The notes under the pieces: generated by a model
Told to the model about the DNA's origin: nothing
Databases searched by the model: none
Seen by the model: the letters and a program-made list of their open reading frames with translations, nothing else
IMG/VR virus record: IMGVR_UViG_3300033156_000392
Location: 1 to 64,000 of that record
DNA length: 64,000 bases
DNA from: a virus
Reading direction: 5' to 3' (one strand)
Position numbers and translations under genes: made by a program
Part shown: one piece after another, positions 9,103 through 16,850 of the stretch
Layout: each line of letters starts with the position of its first letter
Position numbering within the stretch: the first letter of the stretch is position 1

Positions 9103-9740
9103 GGTATCTGATGCTGGAGCCTAGGATGGAAGCTGGAGCCATGAGAGATCCGAAAGACTCCTCATGGCACTACGCCTTCTACTATCCGTCTAAGAATCCG
9201 ACAGAGTACTATCTCTTTGCCTTCCAGCTTCTCCCCGAGAGAGCCAGGTTCCAGAGTGGGACTGAGTGGAGAGTCAAGTGGGTGGCTAAGAGACCTTTCA
9301 AGAGGTATAGATACAGGACGAGAGGAGAAATGTCACTGGAAGTGGAGGGACTCCTTCCCATAACAGACATCTCACACTTGGACAGGATGGTCAGAGCTTC
9401 ATCAATAGTTTCGTATGGGACAGGAGGTGTAGACATAGGAGCTGTTTTACGATTCAGATACTTCGACCCAGAAACTGTTCCTGGGTTCGTGAGTAAGGAG
9501 GGTGCAATTGTGACTTTCTCCACGCTCTCAAACTATCCGACTGTTCCAGATGACGAGGAGAACTCCTATCTGAGAGGAATACTGGGTGTAGACGCTAGGT
9601 TCTGGTTCGTATGCTCCAAGAGAACCACTCTGGAGCCTCTCAACAGGTGGGTGAGTATAGACGGAACGAATACTCGTCTTGGGAAGTACACTTTGAGAGG
9701 AGAGATGATATACTATGGTCAAGACGGACAGCTTATTTAA
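9096..9740 (+). CDS. Distal tail protein (putative)
   Basis: Position right after the tape measure gene only. Confidence 0.45.
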   Translation: MVRYLMLEPRMEAGAMRDPKDSSWHYAFYYPSKNPTEYYLFAFQLLPERARFQSGTEWRVKWVAKRPFKRYRYRTRGEMSLEVEGLLPITDISHLDRMVRASSIVSYGTGGVDIGAVLRFRYFDPETVPGFVSKEGAIVTFSTLSNYPTVPDDEENSYLRGILGVDARFWFVCSKRTTLEPLNRWVSIDGTNTRLGKYTLRGEMIYYGQDGQLI

Positions 9741-9752
9741 GGAGGTGAGAAA

Positions 9753-10040
9753 GTGATAGGAGACTCCAAGTCCGGTGTGGCAACTCTTACTCCCTCCGAG
9801 ACGTATGACATCAAGCCTTCGGGAGTGAGAGAAGAGTGGATAGTGACCAATCTGTACACCACTGGTGCATCGACGTTCGAGGTGACCGATGGGACCGACT
9901 CCGTTCCCTTCTGGGAGCCTACAGGCAGTGACAGGCTGAAGGGAGAGAGCTTTCACCTGTCTAGCAGCTACTGGATCAAGGTCACCAACACCGGGTCGAC
10001 GGAGATCAAGATAGCCTGGGACGGAGTGCAGAGCAGGTAG
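9753..10040 (+). CDS. Small beta-rich tail-module protein
   Basis: Strong RBS; S/T-rich; within the tail operon. Confidence 0.55.
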   Translation: MIGDSKSGVATLTPSETYDIKPSGVREEWIVTNLYTTGASTFEVTDGTDSVPFWEPTGSDRLKGESFHLSSSYWIKVTNTGSTEIKIAWDGVQSR

Positions 10041-10052
10041 GGGGAGAGAACT

Positions 10053-10472
10053 ATGCCTGACATGCTCTCCGAGACCGGGAAGAGAGTTTGGACACTCTCT
10101 GAGACTGGAGAATGGCTCTTCACCTCCATACTGGAAACTGGAGAAACTGCCTTTCCTCTTGGCACTCTCGTTTCTCTCTACATGGAAGCTCATCTCCATG
10201 GCTGGGAGACTAGATCCACTTCTCTCTCTCTCGAGGCTCATATGGACAAGTTCGAGGTCCTGACACTGGACATACCTCTTGAGACGTCTCTGGAGACTCT
10301 CCCACCTCAGCTCGTCCTTTCGCCTTTTGGAGAGCTCTTCTTCGGAGCAGTGTCTGAGAGAGGGAGAGAGATGATACACACACTTGCTGAGACTGGAGAG
10401 AGACTGAGAATACCAGTTCCGGTTCCCTCAGTCGGGATGCCAAGTCCCACAGTTCTGGTGGTGAGGAGGTGA
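10053..10472 (+). CDS. Tail-module protein with L-x-ETG repeats
   Basis: LSETGK, LSETGE, ILETGE, LAETGE. Confidence 0.55.
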   Translation: MPDMLSETGKRVWTLSETGEWLFTSILETGETAFPLGTLVSLYMEAHLHGWETRSTSLSLEAHMDKFEVLTLDIPLETSLETLPPQLVLSPFGELFFGAVSERGREMIHTLAETGERLRIPVPVPSVGMPSPTVLVVRR

Positions 10473-10476
10473 GAAA

Positions 10477-13299
10477 GTGCCAGTAACACCAGGATACTAC
10501 ATCCCGGAAGATTCCATAGTCTACGTTCTCTCGGAAAGAAAAATAGACGAAGTTCCGAGGTTCGAGATAAGAGTCTGGGATCCCATCAAGAAGGGAGGGT
10601 CGATGGGAGAGATAGAGGCTGACATAGAGATCGGGGAGCCAGTGGAGATTAGACTGGCTTCTCCAGAGGAGAGTCCGAGACCACTTGTGAAAGGACTGGT
10701 GTACTCCATAAAGAGAGAGGATGAGGAGATTATAGTTTCTGGCTATGGCTTCGAGAAGATGCTGACTAACTTGACAATTACTTTTGATGACGAGGAGAAG
10801 GAAGCGGAGCACTTCTGGAACAAGGACTACTCATATTTGTTGGAGTTTTTGATAGAAGTCTGGGTGAACGGGAGAAACTTGAACGACTGGGTGGCCTATA
10901 AGAACGGAGAAGGAAGTGAGCCTCCTGCAGAGCATTACGTAATAGACACCACGGAGCTTGGAGCACAGCCTTTGGGAACAAAAGGATATTTCAAGATAAA
11001 GAAGGACGATAACCTGTGGGAAACCATTCTGTCACTGTGTAAGGAGCTGAAGGCTATTTTCTACTTAGACACCGTGATAGAATGGAACGAATCAGAGAAC
11101 AAGTACGAGTTCAATCACACGGCCAGACTCAGATTCTACAGAGGTGGACCAAACTTTGACGTAGAAGGTACAAGACTGGTTGAGGGAGACTGGGAGATTA
11201 CGGACTTGGTTTTATCAAAGAGTCTTGAAAGGAGTCAGGATGATCCATATTCCATCATCATAGTGAGTGGAGGGACTGACGGCTTCGCTGAGGAGTTCAA
11301 TAAGGGTATTCTTGACTCTAGATGGTCATATCAAGAAGGGAGTGTCGAGTGGAGGAAGGATCCTACTTTCTCTTCTGAGGGAGAGTATGGTGTCCAAGGT
11401 ACTTCTGAGGGACTCTCTCTCTTCCAGACGAAAGGAGTGTATGGCTACGGAACCTATGAGTTTGAGGCTGTTCTCGATGCTGGAGCTCCTTCATGGGACT
11501 GGAAGACACCGCTAATAGTCATTTCTCCTCTCTTCAGTCTGTACATCCAAGGGAGAGGAATTCCTGGATCTTCTCCTCCAGCATACCAGTGGAGATTCAC
11601 TTTCTCCCGCTCCGTCTACACCTCACTTGAAGAGCATACGTTCGGAGAGGAGTCAAGGACTCGGGAAGTGACGAGATATTCCTCGACTTCAAAGGTGAAA
11701 GTAGTTCTCCAGGTCAAGAGGAAAGAGGTCAGCTACCAGCTCTACATAGACGGCTCAAAAGACTTGGAGGATTCTTTCACTCTGCAGGAGGAGCCGGAGA
11801 GTCCGAGTGAAACGTTAAAGTTCTATTTGACGGACAAGTCCTTCCTCGATAGAGTCGTGGTTGCCAGTGACGAATCTATCATCTACACGATCATCGACTC
11901 CTATGCACTCGAAAGGTTCGGTCCCACCACCAAGAGAATATACATCCCCTCAGTGAGCACTCTGGAGGAAGCCAAGGAGCTGGCACAGTGGTATCAGGAG
12001 AGAGCCAGAGAGGGATTCTGGTCTGGGACTTTCGTCATTCCAGGCTCCCTCGACGTCAAGCTTGGAGACACTGTCTATTATCAAGGAAGAGGATACTTCG
12101 TGACCGGGATCAAGCACACTCTCGATCCTTCTTTCGAGACCACTCTGGAGGTGGAGGAAGCACGTCCAGACTTGGTGAAAGAAATAAAAGACACCAATCA
12201 AGCTACTCTTGACAGACTATCCACCGATGAGTTCAAGAGAGACACTGTGATAGTTTCTCCAAAGATAGAGTCTGGAAGCTCTCTTCCGTCTACCGGAAGG
12301 CCGGGAGAGGTGTACTACAACGACTCTGACAGCAAGCTCTACGTCTACAAGAAGCAGGAAGATGGAAGCTATGCTTGGACGGAGATATTCGACACAGAGT
12401 CAACCTACTCAGTTCCTGGGACTTCTACAGTCGATCCGAACACCGTCCCTCTCTCAGTAGTCTCTTCTCCCACTAACATTTCCATCCAAGACTCAACCAC
12501 CAACGTCAGTAACGTTTCTAATAACACTGGCTTGGGAGTAGGCAGTTCCAGTCTTCCTTCAGCCCAGACGGTGTCCTCTGCTACAGGTCTTACCTCGGTC
12601 TGGGTGCCTCAAAGTATTTACAAGAATCCCTCTCTCACTCTCTCTGGTTGGAACGAGTACACGGGAGCGATTTCCTCTCTCTACTGTAACAAAGTTCTGG
12701 ATTTCTTTGTCAGAGTTTCAGGAGTTGGCTCTGATACCAAAAAGAGATGGTTCCATATGGCTTTCCTTGGCACGTCTTTTACCGTTTCCAAGAAGCCTAT
12801 CGTCCTGGGTATTCTGATACGCAGCACCGACTCCTCCGGAACCCTTGGGAGCATAGCTCTCAGCGAGCAAAAGATGGTTTCTTCCTACGAAACTTCTCAG
12901 GAGCCAGATGGCACAGTCAGTCTGTCAGATTTCTCCTGGATAGTCCCCGTTAGTTGCAAGGACGGTGACTATTTCGTGGTAAGACTCCTTGCTAGAGACA
13001 AAGACGCCGTCGGAATGTCGTACACAGGAACTTCGGTAGTTTCTTTTTCAATAGCAAGTGGAGCACACGACCACAACATAGGTCCTATATCCGTCACTAA
13101 TACCTCTCATGGACATGGTACGTCAGATCCTGGACACTCACACGGTGTCAACGATCCTGGACATACTCACACCCCTTCTGATCCCGGACATTACCACTCT
13201 CTGGATCAGGAGGCTCACACTCACACGGTCTCAACTTCTGGTGGCGGTCTTGAAACAAAGAAGAGAAAGTATCTCAACATGGAGGTGTATTTGAAATGA
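10477..13299 (+). CDS. Tail tip/baseplate hub fused to a receptor-binding fibre
   Basis: 940 aa; hub-like N-half (ALERFG...TLEEAKELA...VKLGDTV...YFVTGIKH); C-terminal DPGHxH repeats typical of fibre tips. Confidence 0.75.
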   Translation: MPVTPGYYIPEDSIVYVLSERKIDEVPRFEIRVWDPIKKGGSMGEIEADIEIGEPVEIRLASPEESPRPLVKGLVYSIKREDEEIIVSGYGFEKMLTNLTITFDDEEKEAEHFWNKDYSYLLEFLIEVWVNGRNLNDWVAYKNGEGSEPPAEHYVIDTTELGAQPLGTKGYFKIKKDDNLWETILSLCKELKAIFYLDTVIEWNESENKYEFNHTARLRFYRGGPNFDVEGTRLVEGDWEITDLVLSKSLERSQDDPYSIIIVSGGTDGFAEEFNKGILDSRWSYQEGSVEWRKDPTFSSEGEYGVQGTSEGLSLFQTKGVYGYGTYEFEAVLDAGAPSWDWKTPLIVISPLFSLYIQGRGIPGSSPPAYQWRFTFSRSVYTSLEEHTFGEESRTREVTRYSSTSKVKVVLQVKRKEVSYQLYIDGSKDLEDSFTLQEEPESPSETLKFYLTDKSFLDRVVVASDESIIYTIIDSYALERFGPTTKRIYIPSVSTLEEAKELAQWYQERAREGFWSGTFVIPGSLDVKLGDTVYYQGRGYFVTGIKHTLDPSFETTLEVEEARPDLVKEIKDTNQATLDRLSTDEFKRDTVIVSPKIESGSSLPSTGRPGEVYYNDSDSKLYVYKKQEDGSYAWTEIFDTESTYSVPGTSTVDPNTVPLSVVSSPTNISIQDSTTNVSNVSNNTGLGVGSSSLPSAQTVSSATGLTSVWVPQSIYKNPSLTLSGWNEYTGAISSLYCNKVLDFFVRVSGVGSDTKKRWFHMAFLGTSFTVSKKPIVLGILIRSTDSSGTLGSIALSEQKMVSSYETSQEPDGTVSLSDFSWIVPVSCKDGDYFVVRLLARDKDAVGMSYTGTSVVSFSIASGAHDHNIGPISVTNTSHGHGTSDPGHSHGVNDPGHTHTPSDPGHYHSLDQEAHTHTVSTSGGGLETKKRKYLNMEVYLK

Positions 13300-13532
13300 C
13301 GTGGAAGTGTCCAAACACGGGGAGTGAGTACGATCAGGAAACGCAGGACAAGATAGACTCAGCTGGACCAGGAGCGACCGTCAGAGTCGACTGCTCCTTC
13401 TGTGGAGAGACACACTTCTTCACTCCTCCCCTTCCTTGGGAGATCGGAGACAGAGGGAAAGTGAAGGAAACGTACACTTTCAAGACAGTTCTCGTCATGG
13501 AGTCATTTCTTAAGGACAATGAGGACGCCTGA
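13296..13532 (+). CDS. Small zinc-binding protein ending the tail operon
   Basis: WKCP...CSFCGETH; overlaps the upstream stop. Confidence 0.55.
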   Translation: MTWKCPNTGSEYDQETQDKIDSAGPGATVRVDCSFCGETHFFTPPLPWEIGDRGKVKETYTFKTVLVMESFLKDNEDA

Positions 13533-13757
13533 GTGCTCTCTCCCACTTTCGTCACTCTGCTTGATCGTCTCTATAGAGGAGAGAGTCACTCCGAAGAGTC
13601 TCTTAGCTCTCTCAGCCAGCTCATAGGCTTTCTCCATCCCGGTTCCGAAGGCTGTCACTCTCACCTCATCGTACTTCCCGAGCTTCACTGCTACAGCCGT
13701 CAAGTAGTTCCCTATGGGCTTCCTGGCTACTCTCACCAAGTTGTCATCACTCCTCAT
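13503..13757 (-). CDS. alba: Alba (Sac10b family) nucleic-acid-binding protein
   Basis: VRVARKPIGNYLTAV...EVRVTAFGTGMEKAYELAE...SGVLIVLKK follows the Alba pattern VxIGKKPVMNYVLA...EVVIKARGRAISKAVDVAE...STIEIVL. Confidence 0.75.
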   Translation of the reverse strand: MRSDDNLVRVARKPIGNYLTAVAVKLGKYDEVRVTAFGTGMEKAYELAERAKRLFGVTLSSIETIKQSDESGREHSGVLIVLKK

Positions 13758-15021
13758 TTTCCTCACCTTCCTCATCTTTGGAGAAGAACCTCATGCTTGG
13801 GTGTCCTCTGGCTAGCTTGTCTCTCTTCTCCCTCTCTTCCTCAGTGTTCGGTATCTGAGGTAGTCCCTCTAGAGATCTTATCAGGTTCTCAGTCTCTATG
13901 TCTCTGGTCAGGAGACCAGCTCTGGTCAGAATACCAAGCCTTCTGGCCATCGAGAGTCTCGTGGTGGGAGAGTACTCTACAAAGCTTATCCTCGGTATGC
14001 TCTTGAGATTGTAGACAGGTGATATCTTCTCGAATATTTGCTCCTCTATCTGCTCCGCTAACTCGTTCTGTAGAGCTCTTATGGTTCTCTCGTAGTCAAT
14101 GAGAGTGGTGTCTCTCCCTTTTTCCTCTGTTTCTATCCTTGGAAAACCAAGACACTCTCTTATGATGTTGGAGAAGTAGTGCAAGTACGTCTCCACTCTC
14201 TCTGGCTTTCCAAGCTCCATTGCTCTCATGTTTATCCAGTAAGGAAAGATGAAAGCACTCTTCGACGTCAGATTCTTCAAGTCTCCCTCCAGCTTGGTTA
14301 CCAGTTCCTCTGATGGAGGGTGCTTGTCGTCTCCCACCGAGAGTATGATGGGTGGGAAGCCAATCCTCCAGACAGACTCTCCCACTCCCTCTTCCATGTT
14401 GAGCTTGAAGAGAATGGGCTTGTAGAGGATTTCGAGTGGAGATATGCCCATTCTTCCCTCCTCAAGGCTGTAGAGTGTGAAGAAAGCAACCTTTGAGACA
14501 GGGAGAGTTATTTTCTTCCCTCTCGAAGTAGTCTGGACGAACTCCGTCGGATATCCGTACTCGTCCTGCTTTATACTCCCATTCGGCTCTCTTCCGTAGT
14601 CTATGGTCTTCGGATCCACTCTCAGTATCTTCAGGACCTCTGTGTTGGCTCTGTTGGGTATTATCTCGTATATGGCGAACCCGTATATCAAACAGTCTCT
14701 TATGACGGTTCTAAGGAACTTACCGAACCCTCTCTTCCTGTCTCTACAGAAGTTCTCCACTATTCTCCTGCTCTCTTCATCCTCAGAGGTTATTGTGTAT
14801 CCTCCAGACACTACGTCTCTGGCGTACTTGTTGACAAGTCCGAAGACCAGTCCGTCCATCCTGTATATTTTTTCCAAAAGAGAGAGTCTCGCCTTTGGGG
14901 TTTCTCCTCTCTTCGAGAGAACTTCACCGCTACCTTCCACAGCAAGGCTTCTGACGAGTCTCCTTACTTCTCCTTCAGTTTCAACCCTCTTGGTGGGGAC
15001 TTCCTCTCTCCTGAATCCCAC
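13747..15021 (-). CDS. Portal protein
   Basis: DGLVFGLVNK, IRDCLIYGFAIYEI, LRVDPKTI, MGISPLE and LQNELAEQIEEQIF fit portal proteins; 424 aa. Confidence 0.85.
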   Translation of the reverse strand: MGFRREEVPTKRVETEGEVRRLVRSLAVEGSGEVLSKRGETPKARLSLLEKIYRMDGLVFGLVNKYARDVVSGGYTITSEDEESRRIVENFCRDRKRGFGKFLRTVIRDCLIYGFAIYEIIPNRANTEVLKILRVDPKTIDYGREPNGSIKQDEYGYPTEFVQTTSRGKKITLPVSKVAFFTLYSLEEGRMGISPLEILYKPILFKLNMEEGVGESVWRIGFPPIILSVGDDKHPPSEELVTKLEGDLKNLTSKSAFIFPYWINMRAMELGKPERVETYLHYFSNIIRECLGFPRIETEEKGRDTTLIDYERTIRALQNELAEQIEEQIFEKISPVYNLKSIPRISFVEYSPTTRLSMARRLGILTRAGLLTRDIETENLIRSLEGLPQIPNTEEEREKRDKLARGHPSMRFFSKDEEGEENEE

Positions 15022-15026
15022 TCACA

Positions 15027-15143
15027 TCACCCTGTCCTTGAGCAGAGAGGGCACTCTTGGAGAGTTCCTACTATCTCCGTACCTTCTGAAACTTGAATTC
15101 TCCAAGTTGCTCCACAGCTTTGACACTTTATGTCTGTTTCCAT
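15027..15143 (-). CDS. 38-aa zinc-ribbon protein (not in ORF track)
   Basis: METDIKCQSCG...ECPLCSRTG with RBS GAGGTGA. Confidence 0.6.
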   Translation of the reverse strand: METDIKCQSCGATWRIQVSEGTEIVGTLQECPLCSRTG

Positions 15144-15179
15144 TCTTTCACCTCTTCACACTTCTCTCTACTTCTCGGT

Positions 15180-15362
15180 TTAAATACGTTTCTTGCATTT
15201 GTCACACATAACCGTTCTCTTTATACCTAACAGAGTGCTCTCCTTGTCCCTGGAGAGCCATAGAAGCTTCTGGTACTCTTGCCACTCGTGAAGTGTCATG
15301 GTGGCTTCTCTCACTTTCCCACATACTGGACAGGGCTTCAGTCTGACCTTCACCTCAGTCAT
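15180..15362 (-). CDS. Small zinc-finger protein
   Basis: CPVC...CDKC; RBS. Confidence 0.6.
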   Translation of the reverse strand: MTEVKVRLKPCPVCGKVREATMTLHEWQEYQKLLWLSRDKESTLLGIKRTVMCDKCKKRI

Positions 15363-15364
15363 TT

Positions 15365-16300
15365 CTACACCTCCTTCGGTCTTCTATATCGGACTTGAGT
15401 GGTTCTCCCGAACCTGTCTAGAATCAGCCATCCGACCTGTGCTACATATCCCTTCCCAAGCAGATATGAGGACTCTTTCTGCAGGCATCCAGCCTCTATC
15501 AGCAGCTTGTTTCTCTCCGGAGTGAGAGCCAGGAGCTGATGTCTGTGTCCTGTGACAAGTATGTCTGGCTTGGGCTCGGGGAGCCTTCTGAATATGTTGA
15601 GAAGAGTGGAGCCTATCGAAACGGATACGCCTGCAGAGTGCATCATCATCAGCCTCCACCTTCCGTTTACTTTCAGGTTGGCCACTGAGCCGTAGTATCT
15701 GACGTTTCTAACCGAGTTTGCCACTGTCTTGAGAGGATCCAAGCCTACCTGATATCTACCTTTTATTTTCTCCTCATGCCCCCCTATTACCATGTGGACT
15801 CTACATCTTCTAGGAAGCATCTTCAGATGCTCTATCATCTCCTCTATCTGGTACTCTATCTTTGGCTCTTTAAGGTCCATTAGCTCTATCCTGTACACAC
15901 CAAGACCCTGAAGCAGATCTCCAGCAGCTAGTATGTCTCTGATTCTTTCTCTTCTCACGTCCCTGACGAGTTCTCTCCAAGCCATCTCCGAGAAGTATGT
16001 GCTTCCTATGTGCCAGTCAGACGTGATCAGAAAGGGAGTGGAAACCTTTCCTTGGATGTTGTAGGAGAAACCTGATCTGAGCATGGAGAGCTTTCGAACT
16101 CCACTGTCGACATGCTCTTGGATGTCATATCCAGCGTCTCTCAGATTCTTCACTGTCGTTCTGATGCTCCTCTTGCTCACTCTCACTCCTATTTGATGGA
16201 AGAGTCTTCTCTGTATTTCTCTCTCAGCCATAGGTCCGGGATTGTCTTTTAGAATTCTTATAATGAGACTCTCCAGAGACGGTAATTGAGACAGACGCAT
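15365..16300 (-). CDS. Calcineurin-like metallophosphoesterase with N-terminal winged HTH
   Basis: SDWH, GDLLQG, GGHE, MMH, GHRH motifs. Confidence 0.85.
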   Translation of the reverse strand: MRLSQLPSLESLIIRILKDNPGPMAEREIQRRLFHQIGVRVSKRSIRTTVKNLRDAGYDIQEHVDSGVRKLSMLRSGFSYNIQGKVSTPFLITSDWHIGSTYFSEMAWRELVRDVRRERIRDILAAGDLLQGLGVYRIELMDLKEPKIEYQIEEMIEHLKMLPRRCRVHMVIGGHEEKIKGRYQVGLDPLKTVANSVRNVRYYGSVANLKVNGRWRLMMMHSAGVSVSIGSTLLNIFRRLPEPKPDILVTGHRHQLLALTPERNKLLIEAGCLQKESSYLLGKGYVAQVGWLILDRFGRTTQVRYRRPKEV

Positions 16301-16305
16301 CTTAT

Positions 16306-16563
16306 CTATCCTCTCAGCTTCTTTCTAGCCCTTTTAATAGTCTCCGGTAGTCCATATAAAACCCACCTAGATAGCTTCAGACTCTCTATTTTTCCTTCTT
16401 TCACGAGCTTTCTTGCAGTAAGAGAAACGTGTCCCTGACTTCTACCAAGACGTCTGGAGAGCTCCGAGCCAGTAAAAACCTCATTTTTGTGTTTCCTGAT
16501 ATACTTCAATATTTGCTTCTCCAGAGGATCTTTCCATAGTTTCTTTACTTCTTGGAGTTTCAT
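16306..16563 (-). CDS. Winged-helix DNA-binding protein
   Basis: TGSELSRRLGRSQGHVSLTARKLVKEGKI. Confidence 0.75.
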   Translation of the reverse strand: MKLQEVKKLWKDPLEKQILKYIRKHKNEVFTGSELSRRLGRSQGHVSLTARKLVKEGKIESLKLSRWVLYGLPETIKRARKKLRG

Positions 16564-16646
16564 ACATTTTTCACTTCCTTTGGTTCCTTTTAAAGGTATC
16601 GGAAATTTATAAAAAGGAGAAAATCTAACGATATATTAGTGGGAGA

Positions 16647-16850
16647 ATGAGCAAAAAGTACACTCTGGAGAACGTCTTGAAGCAGCTCGAGAAGATATCT
16701 GAGAAGCAGGACAACGTTCTGGAGAGACTCACCAGACTCGAGGTAGGATTCAATAATCACCTTGCCACACACGACAAAATATTCAAAGTCTTCCTAGCCT
16801 TCTTTTCCGTCGTCCTTGGTTTTGTTCTCAAGGTTCTTCTCTTCCCCTAG
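16647..16850 (+). CDS. Small coiled-coil protein with C-terminal TM helix (possible lysis role)
   Basis: ERLTRLE coiled coil followed by a hydrophobic tail; TATA TTTATAAA near 16606. Confidence 0.5.
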   Translation: MSKKYTLENVLKQLEKISEKQDNVLERLTRLEVGFNNHLATHDKIFKVFLAFFSVVLGFVLKVLLFP

